Assembly: GCA_903860195.1 (NCBI GenBank)
Contig: CAIOPO010000061.1
Coordinates: 1 to 60,897 of the forward strand
Source: an uncultured Opitutia bacterium
GTDB lineage: Bacteria > Verrucomicrobiota > Verrucomicrobiia > Opitutales > UBA953
Length of the DNA stretch: 60,897 nt
Direction of reading: 5' to 3'
The translations under genes were made by a program, and so were the position numbers. The notes beneath the pieces are model-generated. The model searched no databases. It was not told the DNA's origin and saw only the letters and a list, made by a program, of their open reading frames with translations. This document shows, one piece after another, positions 33,516-43,005 of this stretch; position 1 is the first letter of the stretch; every line of letters begins with the position of its first letter.

Positions 33516-36020
33516 ATGTCCACCCCACGACCGGCCAATCGTTCCTATTCCACGGAAGCGCTGGAGCGTTGGTTTGCGTCCCTTCCGGAGGACTGGGAGT
33601 CGTGTTTCGATGCGGCTGACCTCGAGGAAGGCCGGAGGATCTACACCGAGGGGCTGGTCCGGACGCTCGAACTTCGTCCGGATGCGGCCGAGGCGGTCGC
33701 CCGGACGGAGGCCCAGACGGTGCGTGCCGTCATCGAACTGACCGACAGCCAGCTGGAATGGCGCACTTCGCTGCCCGAGGAGGAGAACGGCGCCCCCTAT
33801 GCGATCGCGGCGATGTACGAGGTGGAGGAGCTGCTGGCCGATGAGATTCCGGCCATTGACGATTCGGCCCCGGCCCAGCCCCAGCAGGCGGCGCCCGAGC
33901 CCGAGCGCAAGGAGAACGGAGGCAAAGCTTCGCTCAAGCTCCAGGTGAGTTTCGTGCTGTCCTCCGAAGGCCTGACGGCCGCGGCCGCCTGGACGGGCAA
34001 GGGAGGGCAGAGTCTCAACTGCTTCGGTCCTGGCGCCATCCCGGGCGATGAACTTTCGGATGAGCAGCGGCAGACCCTGTTCCGCTTCAGCACCGTCGCC
34101 CACCGCGCCGGCTTCGTCTACGCCAAGTCCTCGGGGCACTGGGCCATCGACAACATCGGCCGCATCGAGAGGTTCGTCCGCGAGGAGCTGAACGAGTGGC
34201 GCAAGCGCTTCAAGCTGTTGGGCGAGGAGGAGCTCAACATCTTCCGCAACGAGCAGCTCCAGGTCGCGGTGGACGCCGAAGCTGAGTCCACTTCAGACGG
34301 GCGGTCGTTCCGGCTGAACTGGCGGCTCAAGGCCGGCGGTCACAGGCTGCTGGCCGACGAGCAGAAGCTGCTCCTGAAGGCGGGCGGCAGGCCCGTGATC
34401 CTGCCCGGCAAGGGCGTCGTGGCTTACAACGCCGCGGTCGCCGACTTCTCCGAGGACTGGAGGGCCAAGGACGGCGAGGTGCCCCGCTACCTGCTGCTTT
34501 CCTTGTTCGACCACGCCGCCGTCGGCGCCCTGCGTCTGAACTCAGACCTGAAGGAGTGGAAGGACCGGCTGCTCCAGGAGCCCGAACCCTCCGACCGTCT
34601 TCCGGCCCACCTCCGGCCTTATCAGGCCAAGGGCGTCGCCTGGCTGGGCCGCCTTTGCGACCTGGGCGCGCATCCGCTGCTCGCCGACGAAATGGGACTC
34701 GGAAAGACAATCCAAGTCCTCGCCCTCATCGCCTCACGTCCCGCGGGCGAACGTACGATCATCGTCTGTCCCGCCAGCGTGATCCCGGTCTGGCTGGGCG
34801 AAATCAGACGGTTCCACCCGGAACTCAGCGCGGCGGTGCTCACGGCCGATGACGACTTCAACAGCAGGCCGGACGCCCGCATCTGGGTGTCCAGCTACAC
34901 CCAGCTCCGTCGGCATGCGGAGCTTCTGCCCAAGGCCCGGTTCGGCTACGCCGTGCTCGACGAGGCCCAGGCGATCAAGAACCCCGAATCGAAGACCACG
35001 CAGACCTGCCTGCTGATCCAGGCCGACCATCGCATCGCCATCACGGGAACGCCTCTGGAGAACAGGCCGACCGACCTTTGGGCGATCTTCCGCTTCCTCA
35101 TGCCGGGACTTCTGGGCAAGCGCGCCAACTTCGAGCGGATGATGCAGCGCGATCCTTCGGCCGGTCTGGGCAAGGTGCGGCGGCAGGTAAGCCCCTTCAT
35201 CCTGCGACGACTCAAGCGCCACGTGGCGGCCGACATCCCGCCCAAGATGGAAGTGGTGCTCCCTTGCCCGCTCACGCACGAGCAGCGCACGCTTTACCAG
35301 CATCTCACGCAGGGCAGCGGACTGACGGGCGAACTGGCGGGCCTGCTCTCGAAGGACGCCACCTCCGTGCTGACGCTGCTCATGCGACTCCGCCAGGTGT
35401 GCTGCGACCCCGGCCTGCTGCCGGAGAACTCAGGCTGTCCGTCGGCCCATTCGGGCAAAGTCACCATGCTCATGTCGAAACTGGCCGAGGTCGCCGCCAA
35501 CGGGTCCAAGGCCGTGGTCTTCTCCCAGTTCGTCTCCCTCATCGAACGAGTGAAGTCGGCCTTGGCGCGCGAACTGCCCCAGATGCCGGTCTTTGAGCTC
35601 ACGGGCGAGACGAAGGACCGTTCGACCCCCGTCGAGCAGTTCAAGGAGACCCGCGGCCCGGCGCTTTTCCTCGCCTCCCTGAAGGCCGGCGGCACCGGCA
35701 TCACCCTCAACACCGCCGAATACGTCTTCCTCCTCGACCCCTGGTGGAATCCCGCCGTCGAAGCCCAGGCGGTCGACCGGGTGCATCGCATCGGCCAGAA
35801 GAACCCCGTTCTCATCTACCGCATGATCTCTCCGGGCACGGTCGAGGAGCGCATCGAGGAGCTCAAGCAGGAGAAGCGAGAGCTGTTCTCCTCCGTGGTC
35901 GGCGACATCCCCGACATGACGGACTGGACCCGTCACTTCTCCTCGATCGAGGCGCTCATCCGCCTCAGCGACTCCCCCGCGACCGCCGAGACCGCGCCCG
36001 AACGGGACGCGGAGGGCTGA
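33516..36020 (+). CDS. SNF2-family DEAD/DEAH-box helicase with SWIM-like (cysteine-less) N-terminal region
   Basis: Helicase motifs LADEMGLGKTIQVLAL, LDEAQAIKN, TGTPLENR and QAVDRVHRIGQ. The ATG at 33516 is preferred over the listed 33399, which sits 18 nt from the sucA start inside the AT-rich promoter region. Confidence 0.85.
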   Translation: MSTPRPANRSYSTEALERWFASLPEDWESCFDAADLEEGRRIYTEGLVRTLELRPDAAEAVARTEAQTVRAVIELTDSQLEWRTSLPEEENGAPYAIAAMYEVEELLADEIPAIDDSAPAQPQQAAPEPERKENGGKASLKLQVSFVLSSEGLTAAAAWTGKGGQSLNCFGPGAIPGDELSDEQRQTLFRFSTVAHRAGFVYAKSSGHWAIDNIGRIERFVREELNEWRKRFKLLGEEELNIFRNEQLQVAVDAEAESTSDGRSFRLNWRLKAGGHRLLADEQKLLLKAGGRPVILPGKGVVAYNAAVADFSEDWRAKDGEVPRYLLLSLFDHAAVGALRLNSDLKEWKDRLLQEPEPSDRLPAHLRPYQAKGVAWLGRLCDLGAHPLLADEMGLGKTIQVLALIASRPAGERTIIVCPASVIPVWLGEIRRFHPELSAAVLTADDDFNSRPDARIWVSSYTQLRRHAELLPKARFGYAVLDEAQAIKNPESKTTQTCLLIQADHRIAITGTPLENRPTDLWAIFRFLMPGLLGKRANFERMMQRDPSAGLGKVRRQVSPFILRRLKRHVAADIPPKMEVVLPCPLTHEQRTLYQHLTQGSGLTGELAGLLSKDATSVLTLLMRLRQVCCDPGLLPENSGCPSAHSGKVTMLMSKLAEVAANGSKAVVFSQFVSLIERVKSALARELPQMPVFELTGETKDRSTPVEQFKETRGPALFLASLKAGGTGITLNTAEYVFLLDPWWNPAVEAQAVDRVHRIGQKNPVLIYRMISPGTVEERIEELKQEKRELFSSVVGDIPDMTDWTRHFSSIEALIRLSDSPATAETAPERDAEG

Positions 36021-36021
36021 G

Positions 36022-37401
36022 TCACTTGGCGGTCAGGTCGTATTCGGAGGCTCCGGTCACGGTCACCTCGGCGAATTGGCCGACGGCGAGCGACCGGGGC
36101 ACGCGGACGGTGCCGTCGATCTCCATGGCGTCCCCTTCGCTGCGGGCGACGCCGGCGCTTTCAACCAGCACCTTGAGCTTCCTGCCGATCATGGCCTTGC
36201 CGCGTTCCTTGGAAAGACGCTGCAGGAGAGTCATGGCGCGGGCATGGCGGTCGGCCTTCACTTCATCGGACAGGTGACCTTCCAGACGGTCGGCCTTCGT
36301 GCCTTCCTCCTTCGAATATTTGAAGATGCCGACGCGGTCGAACCTGGCCTCCTCCAGGAAGGCGAGCAGTTCGTTGAAGTCCTCCTCGGTCTCGCCGGGG
36401 AAGCCGACGATGAAGGTGGTGCGGATGGCGATGCCGGGCATGCCGGCGCGCATCCGGCGCACCAGGTCGCGGATGTAGGCGCCGTCGGTCTCGCGCTGCA
36501 TGGCCGAGAGCATCCGGTCGGAGATGTGCTGGAGCGGGATGTCGACGTAGCGCGCGACATGGCGGGACGAGGCGATCGTCGCGATGAGCTCGTCGCTCCA
36601 GTGGGCGGGGTGCGTGTAAAGGAGCCTGATCCAGAAATCCCCCTCGATCAGGTCGAGTTCCCGCAGCAGCGAGGCCAGCGACTCCCCCTTCGAGGAGTCG
36701 ACCTTGCTCCGGGGGCCCGGCCTTGCGTCCGTCCAGCGGTCCATGCCGAAGAACGTGGTGTCCTGGGAGATGAGATTGATCTCCTTGACCCCGTCCGCGA
36801 CCAGCTGGCGCGCCTCCTTGACGACGGAGTCGACGGTACGGCTGCGGTGACGTCCACGGATGCGGGGGATGATGCAGAAGGAGCAGGGGTGGTTGCAGCC
36901 TTCGGCGATCTTGACGTACGCCGCGTGACGCGGAGTCAGGCGCACGCGCGGGGTGTCGAAGTCAGGGATGTAGGTCGTCGTCTTGGAGAGGAATTCCGTC
37001 CGTCCGGCCTCTCCTCCGATGACCTTGCGGATGACGGGCACGATGTTCGCCACCTGGTCCAGCCCGATGAAGGCGTCGACCTTGGGCAGTTCCACGCGGC
37101 CCTTGGCGCCTTCGACCACGGGGAGCGCGCCCTGGTAGCGCTGGGACATGCAGCCCGCCACGATGAGCTTCTGTCCCTTGCGTCGGGCGGTGGCCTTGCC
37201 GTCGCTCATCTCGTAGATGGCCTCGAGCGCCTCGTGCTTGGAGGCGTCGATGAAGGAGCAGGTGTTGACGATGACGACGTCCGCTTCGGCGGCGTCGGGG
37301 GTCATGGACATCCCTGCGCCCGCGAGATGCCCGATCATGATCTCAGAATCGATGAGGTTCTTGGCGCAGCCGAGGGAGACGAGTCCGACTTTGACGGGCA
37401 T
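36022..37401 (-). CDS. rimO: Ribosomal protein S12 methylthiotransferase
   Basis: N-terminal UPF0004 motif VGLVSLGCAKNLIDSE, radical-SAM EGCNHPCSFCIIP and a C-terminal TRAM-like domain. ATG 37401 is preferred; the alternative is GTG at 37440. Confidence 0.85.
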   Translation of the reverse strand: MPVKVGLVSLGCAKNLIDSEIMIGHLAGAGMSMTPDAAEADVVIVNTCSFIDASKHEALEAIYEMSDGKATARRKGQKLIVAGCMSQRYQGALPVVEGAKGRVELPKVDAFIGLDQVANIVPVIRKVIGGEAGRTEFLSKTTTYIPDFDTPRVRLTPRHAAYVKIAEGCNHPCSFCIIPRIRGRHRSRTVDSVVKEARQLVADGVKEINLISQDTTFFGMDRWTDARPGPRSKVDSSKGESLASLLRELDLIEGDFWIRLLYTHPAHWSDELIATIASSRHVARYVDIPLQHISDRMLSAMQRETDGAYIRDLVRRMRAGMPGIAIRTTFIVGFPGETEEDFNELLAFLEEARFDRVGIFKYSKEEGTKADRLEGHLSDEVKADRHARAMTLLQRLSKERGKAMIGRKLKVLVESAGVARSEGDAMEIDGTVRVPRSLAVGQFAEVTVTGASEYDLTAK

Positions 37402-37441
37402 GGGGGGAATGGAGCAGGGTTTCCGCGGAAGGCAATCCACG

Positions 37442-38275
37442 TCAGAGCCCCAGCCAGGCTTCCGCCGGAACCTCCTGAGGCCGGCTGGTGGGGCTGAGTC
37501 CGTAGGCTCCGAGGCCCGCGAGCCATGCGGCCACGTCGGGGGCGTCGGGAAAAAGGGTCCGGACTGATGAACCGAGCTGCTTTCGTCGGAGGGTGAAAAG
37601 CCCCCGGGCCACCTCGCGTGCGCGCGGGCTGAGTCTGCGGGCGTCGGGTCGACGCCGGAGCAGCAGCAGGCAGGAATCCACTTTGGGAGGAGGATTGAAG
37701 GATTGGGAGGGCACGGGATGGATTCTGACCTTCTCGAAGGCCAGCGCGACCTGGGCGGTGGCCGCGGACCAATGGGCGCCGCCCACCGGCGCGGTGAGCC
37801 GTTCAGCGGCCTCGCGCTGCAGCATCAGGACCATGAGCGAGGGGTGCGGACCTCGGCAGAGCGCGTCCATCCACGGAGTGGAGATGGCGTAAGGAAGATT
37901 GGCGATGACCTTGAAGCTCCCGTCCTTCGCCGTTTCCAGCCCGGCCAGGGGATGCTCCACCGCGTCACCTTCGGTGACGACCAGGGCCTGACCGAGGTGC
38001 GGGGCGAGGAAGCTTCTCAGATGAGCGGCCATCGCGGGATCGGCCTCGATGGCATGCACGCGCGCTCCGGCGCCCAGCAAAGTCCTGGTCAGCGTGCCCA
38101 GCCCCGGCCCGATTTCCACGACCTGGTCTCCGGCTACGACCTCTCCCATTTCCAATGACTTTCTGACGATGTTTCCGTCGACCAGGAAATTCTGTCCCAA
38201 GGCATGCCTCGGGCGGTGGCCGAGCCGGAGCAGAAGCTCCTTGGTCTCGGCGGCAGAGAGCGGACCCTCCTTCAT
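37442..38275 (-). CDS. rsmA: 16S rRNA (adenine1518/1519-N6)-dimethyltransferase
   Basis: ALGQNFLVD, SAM motif VVEIGPGLGTLT and NLPYAIST. Confidence 0.92.
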   Translation of the reverse strand: MKEGPLSAAETKELLLRLGHRPRHALGQNFLVDGNIVRKSLEMGEVVAGDQVVEIGPGLGTLTRTLLGAGARVHAIEADPAMAAHLRSFLAPHLGQALVVTEGDAVEHPLAGLETAKDGSFKVIANLPYAISTPWMDALCRGPHPSLMVLMLQREAAERLTAPVGGAHWSAATAQVALAFEKVRIHPVPSQSFNPPPKVDSCLLLLRRRPDARRLSPRAREVARGLFTLRRKQLGSSVRTLFPDAPDVAAWLAGLGAYGLSPTSRPQEVPAEAWLGL

Positions 38276-39060
38276 CGGCCTCGGAACGAACGCAGCAGGC
38301 CGGCGGGGTCCGGGGCGCGCATGAGCGATTCGCCCACCAGCAGCGCGTCCGCTCCGGCGGCCCGCATCCTCGCTGCGTCCTCGGCGGTGCGGATGCCGCT
38401 TTCGGCGACCTTGAGCACCGAGGCGGGCATCCTGGGGATCACGCGTTCCGCGAACGTGAGGTCGATCTCGAACGTGGAGAGATTGCGGTTGTTGACGCCG
38501 ACCATGTCAGGGCCGTGCGTCAGCGCCCTTTCGAGCTCCTGTTCGTCATGGACCTCGAAAAGCACGTCCAGTCCGGCCAGTCTCGCGGCCTCATGGATCG
38601 GGCGGATCTCTTCGTCCGTCAGACCTCTCACGATGATGAGCACGCAGCGGGCTCCCGCCTGGGCGGCCTCCAGCACCTGCCAGGGGTGCACCATGAAGTC
38701 CTTGCGGATGCAGGGCAGGGGGCGGGGTCGTCGGGCCTGGTCGCGGACGACTGCCTCGAGGTCCTGAAGTGAACCCTTGAAGTAGGTGGATTCGGTCAGA
38801 ACCGAGAGGCATTCGGCCCCCGCCTCCGCATAGAGTCTGGCTTGGGCGACCGCATCGACCTCCTCACGGATCGTGCCGACGCTCGGGGACGCGCGTTTCA
38901 CTTCCGCGATGACGGTGAGCCGGCCCGGTACGGCCAGCGAAGCCCGGAAGCCGGGGGAGGAGGGGCGTGGCAGGGCCGACAGTTCCGCTTCCGTGACCGT
39001 CCTGACGTGCGGAGCTATCTCGCGCCGCTTGGCGTCCATGATCTCAGTCAGCCTGTCCAC
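38272..39060 (-). CDS. trpC: Indole-3-glycerol phosphate synthase
   Basis: IAEVKRASPSVG, IRKDFMVHPWQ, GVNNRNL and VAESGI. Confidence 0.92.
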   Translation of the reverse strand: MDRLTEIMDAKRREIAPHVRTVTEAELSALPRPSSPGFRASLAVPGRLTVIAEVKRASPSVGTIREEVDAVAQARLYAEAGAECLSVLTESTYFKGSLQDLEAVVRDQARRPRPLPCIRKDFMVHPWQVLEAAQAGARCVLIIVRGLTDEEIRPIHEAARLAGLDVLFEVHDEQELERALTHGPDMVGVNNRNLSTFEIDLTFAERVIPRMPASVLKVAESGIRTAEDAARMRAAGADALLVGESLMRAPDPAGLLRSFRGR

Positions 39061-39134
39061 GCCCTACCGAAAGCCCGGGCGGCGGCTCTGGCAATCGTTT
39101 TGACTCCCGTGCCCGCCCGCTTCTCCATCGGGGC

Positions 39135-39785
39135 ATGACCGGCATCGAGGCGCTCCTGAAGACAACCGCGCGGCTCCGGGCTCCTGACGGCTGCCCCTGG
39201 GACAGGGAGCAGAACCACCGCAGCATCTGCGACTGCCTGGTCGAGGAGGTGTGCGAGCTGCTGCAGGCAATCGACCGCGAGGACGACGCCAATCTGCGGG
39301 AAGAGCTCGGAGACCTGTTGTTCCACGTCGTGCTGCACGCGCAGATGGCGGCCGAGGCCGGAAAATTCGATTTTGACGCCGTCGCCCGGGAGGTGAACGA
39401 CAAGATGGTCAGACGGCATCCTCACGTGTTCGGCGAAGGCGCCCGGCTCCAGGATTCAGAGGCCGTCATCAAGCAGTGGGAGCAGATCAAGCTGAAGGAG
39501 AAGGGGGCGACCCCCGCGGGCGCGTTCAAGGATCTTCCTCCTGCGCTCAATTCCGTGCTTCGGGCGAGGGAGGTCTGGAAGCAGGTTCGGAAGAAAGGCC
39601 TCAATCCGCACGACACCGTCGACGTTTCCGCGGTGGAATCCTCCGCGCGCGGCTTGGACGAAGCTTCGGCCGGCAAGGCGCTCTTTGCCCTGGTGGCCGC
39701 CTGCCGTGAAGCCGGGATCGATCCCGACTCGGCGCTGCGCAGGCATACGGACGCGGTCATGAAGGCCAGCGAAGCGCGAAGCTGA
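39135..39785 (+). CDS. mazG: MazG-family nucleoside triphosphate pyrophosphohydrolase
   Basis: LRAPDGCPWDREQNH, EEVCELLQAI, EELGDLLFHVV and RRHPHVFG. Confidence 0.9.
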   Translation: MTGIEALLKTTARLRAPDGCPWDREQNHRSICDCLVEEVCELLQAIDREDDANLREELGDLLFHVVLHAQMAAEAGKFDFDAVAREVNDKMVRRHPHVFGEGARLQDSEAVIKQWEQIKLKEKGATPAGAFKDLPPALNSVLRAREVWKQVRKKGLNPHDTVDVSAVESSARGLDEASAGKALFALVAACREAGIDPDSALRRHTDAVMKASEARS

Positions 39786-39788
39786 GCC

Positions 39789-40517
39789 ATGAGGGGCGCG
39801 GCACAGCCCATTACGGTTCATGTCGGCGGACGCGAAGTCCATGTCTGGCCCAAGGTGTCCGAGCGTTCCCTGCGCATGCGCCTGAGCGTCAAGCCGGGAC
39901 CCAAGGTCGTCCTTTCCTATCCGCCCCACGCCAGTCACGCGGCAGCGACGACCTTCCTGCGCGACAATCTCGGGTGGTTGGAGAAGGCGCTTGGCCGAAC
40001 ACGAGCCGTCCAGCCCTCCTTGCTTCGACATCTGGAGAAGTTCCCCTGGATAACGCACGATGCGACCCTGCTGTCAGTGCGTCTCGTCAGCGGCGGCCGC
40101 GCCACTTTCCGGATAGATCGTACGGAGGACAGCGTAACCTTCGGCCTGCCTGCCACCGACCGGGAGGAGGCCGCCGCAAGGGCCGTCCGGCGGGCGGCCG
40201 AGGACGGCTTGGAGTCCGCGGCGTCCAGGCTGGGGCGACTTACGGGCGTGTCCTTCGCCTCGGTGACGGTCCGTGACCAGACCACGCGCTGGGGGTCCTG
40301 TTCCGCGTCCGGCTCGCTCTCACTCAACTGGAGACTGGTGCTCCTCCCGCCGAAACTGCACGACCATGTCATCCTGCACGAACTCGCCCATCGTCGCCAC
40401 ATGGACCACTCGGACAGGTTCTGGGGGCAGCTGGCCGCCTGGGACCCTGATTGGCGGAAGCATGACCGCGAACTCACGAAACGTTGGTCCGTCATCATGG
40501 ACCTCGGACGCCCATGA
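39789..40517 (+). CDS. YgjP-like (DUF45, SprT/M48-like) metal-dependent hydrolase
   Basis: C-terminal zincin-like motif VILHELAHRRHMDHSDRFW preceded by TRWGSCS, as in the YgjP/DUF45 family. Confidence 0.8.
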   Translation: MRGAAQPITVHVGGREVHVWPKVSERSLRMRLSVKPGPKVVLSYPPHASHAAATTFLRDNLGWLEKALGRTRAVQPSLLRHLEKFPWITHDATLLSVRLVSGGRATFRIDRTEDSVTFGLPATDREEAAARAVRRAAEDGLESAASRLGRLTGVSFASVTVRDQTTRWGSCSASGSLSLNWRLVLLPPKLHDHVILHELAHRRHMDHSDRFWGQLAAWDPDWRKHDRELTKRWSVIMDLGRP

Positions 40518-41101
40518 TGAGGCACGCGGCGCAGTCGCCCGATGAGGTGTTCGACGTCGTCGACGAGCACGACCGGGTCATCGCGTCCGCGGAGCGCGGA
40601 GAAATCCACCGCCTGGGCCTCCGTCACAGGGCCGTGCACATATTCTGGATGCGCCGTGACGGCCAGTTCTGCCTTCAGCGCCGATCATACGCGAAGGATT
40701 CCTCTCCGGGTCTGCTGAGCTCTTCCTGCGCCGGACATGTGGACTCAGGGGAGAACTATTTGAGCGCCGCCACCAGGGAGTTCGGTGAGGAACTTGGCCT
40801 CCAGGTTCCGGCCTCCTCCTTCCGGGAAGTTGATTATGCGCCCTGTCATCCTGATCTGGGCAATGAGTTCGTGAGGACCTACGTCCTGGCAGGGGACTGG
40901 AAGGCCGACCCTTCGGCGAGCGAAGTCGACTCCCTTGCATGGCGCACGCTGGATGAGATCATCAGCTGGACCGCGCAGGAGCCCTCCGCCTTCGCCACCC
41001 CCTTGCACCACCTGCTCGCACGCCCGTCAGTCCTCAACGCCCTCAGGTCACTGGGGGGTTGTCAGGGGGGCCGGGAGGGCAGAGCATCAGGTTCGCCATG
41101 A
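40514..41101 (+). CDS. NUDIX hydrolase (IDI-like subfamily layout, canonical Nudix box)
   Basis: The ATG at 40514 forms an ATGA overlap with the upstream stop. The Nudix box GHVDSGENYLSAATREFGEELGL fits GX5EX7REUXEEXGU. Confidence 0.85.
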   Translation: MMRHAAQSPDEVFDVVDEHDRVIASAERGEIHRLGLRHRAVHIFWMRRDGQFCLQRRSYAKDSSPGLLSSSCAGHVDSGENYLSAATREFGEELGLQVPASSFREVDYAPCHPDLGNEFVRTYVLAGDWKADPSASEVDSLAWRTLDEIISWTAQEPSAFATPLHHLLARPSVLNALRSLGGCQGGREGRASGSP

Positions 41102-41745
41102 AGTCCGACCCCGCCCAGGACTCGCCCGTTCAGGTGCCTTGGTTCCATTGGATCTGGGTGGCTCCCGTGGCCCTGCTCCTGCGCCTCTGGCTTGCCACTC
41201 TCCGCTTCAGAGCCAACCCCGGGCGTTTTGATGATGCCGCAGGCCCCAGGGTCGTGGTCCTCTGGCACGAGAACCTTTTCGTGACCGTGCTGGTGGCGCA
41301 ACGATGCCTCGCTCGCAAAGTCACCGCGCTGATCAGCTCCAGCAAGGACGGCGCGTGGCTCGTGGCCTTCTACCGTCTGATGGGCGTGGCGGCGGTGAGA
41401 GGCTCGTCCAACCGGGGAGGGGTCGGAGCTCTCATGGCGCTCACCAGGGCCGTGAGGGCGGGCGCCCATGCCGGAGTGACCCCCGACGGACCCAAGGGTC
41501 CGCGTCGTGTGGTCAAGCCCGGGGTCGCCACCTTGGCACGGCTCACGGCCGCGCCGTTCCTCATCCTGGGCATCAGGCATGAGCGGGCGTGGAGCCTGTC
41601 CAGCTGGGATCGTTTCCGTCTGCCCGTCCCCTTCAGCAAGGTGGAGGTCGACCTGGTCGAGCTTGCTCCGCCGGGCGTGGATGAGACCGACGAGCAGACG
41701 GCGGCCAGGGTCGAGAGGAAGCTCGCCGAACTCAGCCGCGACTGA
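41098..41745 (+). CDS. DUF374 / lysophospholipid-acyltransferase-like family protein
   Basis: The ATG at 41098 forms an ATGA overlap with the upstream stop. It has an N-terminal hydrophobic helix. The core SSSKDGAWLVAFYRLMGVAAVRGSSNRGG ... GVTPDGPKGP is typical of DUF374. Confidence 0.7.
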   Translation: MKSDPAQDSPVQVPWFHWIWVAPVALLLRLWLATLRFRANPGRFDDAAGPRVVVLWHENLFVTVLVAQRCLARKVTALISSSKDGAWLVAFYRLMGVAAVRGSSNRGGVGALMALTRAVRAGAHAGVTPDGPKGPRRVVKPGVATLARLTAAPFLILGIRHERAWSLSSWDRFRLPVPFSKVEVDLVELAPPGVDETDEQTAARVERKLAELSRD

Positions 41746-42331
41746 CCTGACCTAGCAACTTCTCGGCGTATTTGGCGAGCAGGTCGGATTCCAAATTGAC
41801 ACGCTCTCCGGCGGAACGCCCCGCGAGGTTCGTGCAGGAGAGGGTGTGCGGGATGATCCAGATCACGAATCCGTCGGCCGAGACCTCAGCCACCGTGAGC
41901 GACATCCCGTCCACGGCGACGCAGCCTTTCTTGACGACATGGCGCATCACGTGCGGCGGCGCCTTGATCTCCAATCTCCAGTCGGCGCCCGCCTGACGGA
42001 AGGTGTCCACGGTGCCGCAGGCGTCGACATGTCCCGTCACGAAATGTCCGCCCATCCGGTCGGTCGGCCGCAGGCTGGGTTCGAGATTCACGCGCTGTCC
42101 GGGCCGGAGGTCTCCGAGATTGGTGAGTCTCAGCGTCTCTTCGAGCAGGTCGAACGATCCCGTGCCGTCCGCGATCTCAGTGACGGTCAGGCAGCAGCCG
42201 TTCACCGCCACGCTGTCGCCGATGGCCGAGGAAGCGACCAGACCGGACCGGACCGTCAGTCGGGCGCCGCCTGCTGACCGGGGAGAAAGGCCGACCACTT
42301 CGCCGGCTTCCTGAACCAATCCGGTGAACAT
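41732..42331 (-). CDS. ribE: Riboflavin synthase (alpha chain)
   Basis: MFTGLVQEAGEV start and two lumazine-binding repeats (VNGCCLTV / VDGMSLTV). ATG 42331 is preferred over the listed 42358. Confidence 0.9.
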   Translation of the reverse strand: MFTGLVQEAGEVVGLSPRSAGGARLTVRSGLVASSAIGDSVAVNGCCLTVTEIADGTGSFDLLEETLRLTNLGDLRPGQRVNLEPSLRPTDRMGGHFVTGHVDACGTVDTFRQAGADWRLEIKAPPHVMRHVVKKGCVAVDGMSLTVAEVSADGFVIWIIPHTLSCTNLAGRSAGERVNLESDLLAKYAEKLLGQVSRG

Positions 42332-42370
42332 CGGATGGAAGTTGAAAGGGGCCGTCACCGGCCCCGTGTA

Positions 42371-42667
42371 TCAGTTCTGTTTGCCGTCCTGTGAGCCCTT
42401 GGCCTTCTGCTCGGCCTCAAGCTGCGCCCTGATCTTGGCGCGCTCCTCCTGTTCGATCTGCTTCAGGCGGGCCTGACGACGCTCATCCTCTTCAACCGCG
42501 CTGCGAACCTCGTGCTCGACCTCCTCGGAGGCCTTCTTGAATTCGCGCTTGGCCTTGCCCAGGCCGCGGGCGAGCTCGGGGATCTTTGAACCGCCGAAGA
42601 GAAGCAGAGCGACGGCGAGAATGGCCCAGAAAACAGGGCCGTCGAGCATGGCGAGGGAGGTGTTCAT
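42371..42667 (-). CDS. tatA: Twin-arginine translocase TatA/E-family protein
   Basis: Transmembrane helix plus amphipathic helix ([33 protein letters not shown]). The C-terminal tail is charged. Confidence 0.88.
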   Translation of the reverse strand: MNTSLAMLDGPVFWAILAVALLLFGGSKIPELARGLGKAKREFKKASEEVEHEVRSAVEEDERRQARLKQIEQEERAKIRAQLEAEQKAKGSQDGKQN

Positions 42668-42723
42668 GGTCGGATTGCGTTTGCTGGGATGGCTGATTGG
42701 TCACTATTAACGGAAGCCCCCTC

Positions 42724-43005
42724 ATGTCAACCCATGTCTCCCATCGCGAAGTATGGTATTCGGGCCGCGTTCAGGGGGTCGGATTCAGGGCCGGAGTGCT
42801 CGCCGTGTCCAGGGGCTACGAGGTCACCGGCTACGTCCAGAACCTGACGGACGGACGGGTGTATCTGCACGTCGAAGGGGCGGAAAGCGAGCTGGAGGAA
42901 TTCCTGATCGGAGTCGCGGAGAAGATGGACGGTCACATCAAGGGCGAGGAAGTGCGGTCTTTCTCGGGCGTGAGGACGTGCCGGGACTTCTCGATACGTC
43001 GATGA
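42724..43005 (+). CDS. acyP: Acylphosphatase
   Basis: GRVQGVGFR, GYVQNLTDGRV and about 93 aa. ATG at 42724. Confidence 0.85.
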   Translation: MSTHVSHREVWYSGRVQGVGFRAGVLAVSRGYEVTGYVQNLTDGRVYLHVEGAESELEEFLIGVAEKMDGHIKGEEVRSFSGVRTCRDFSIRR

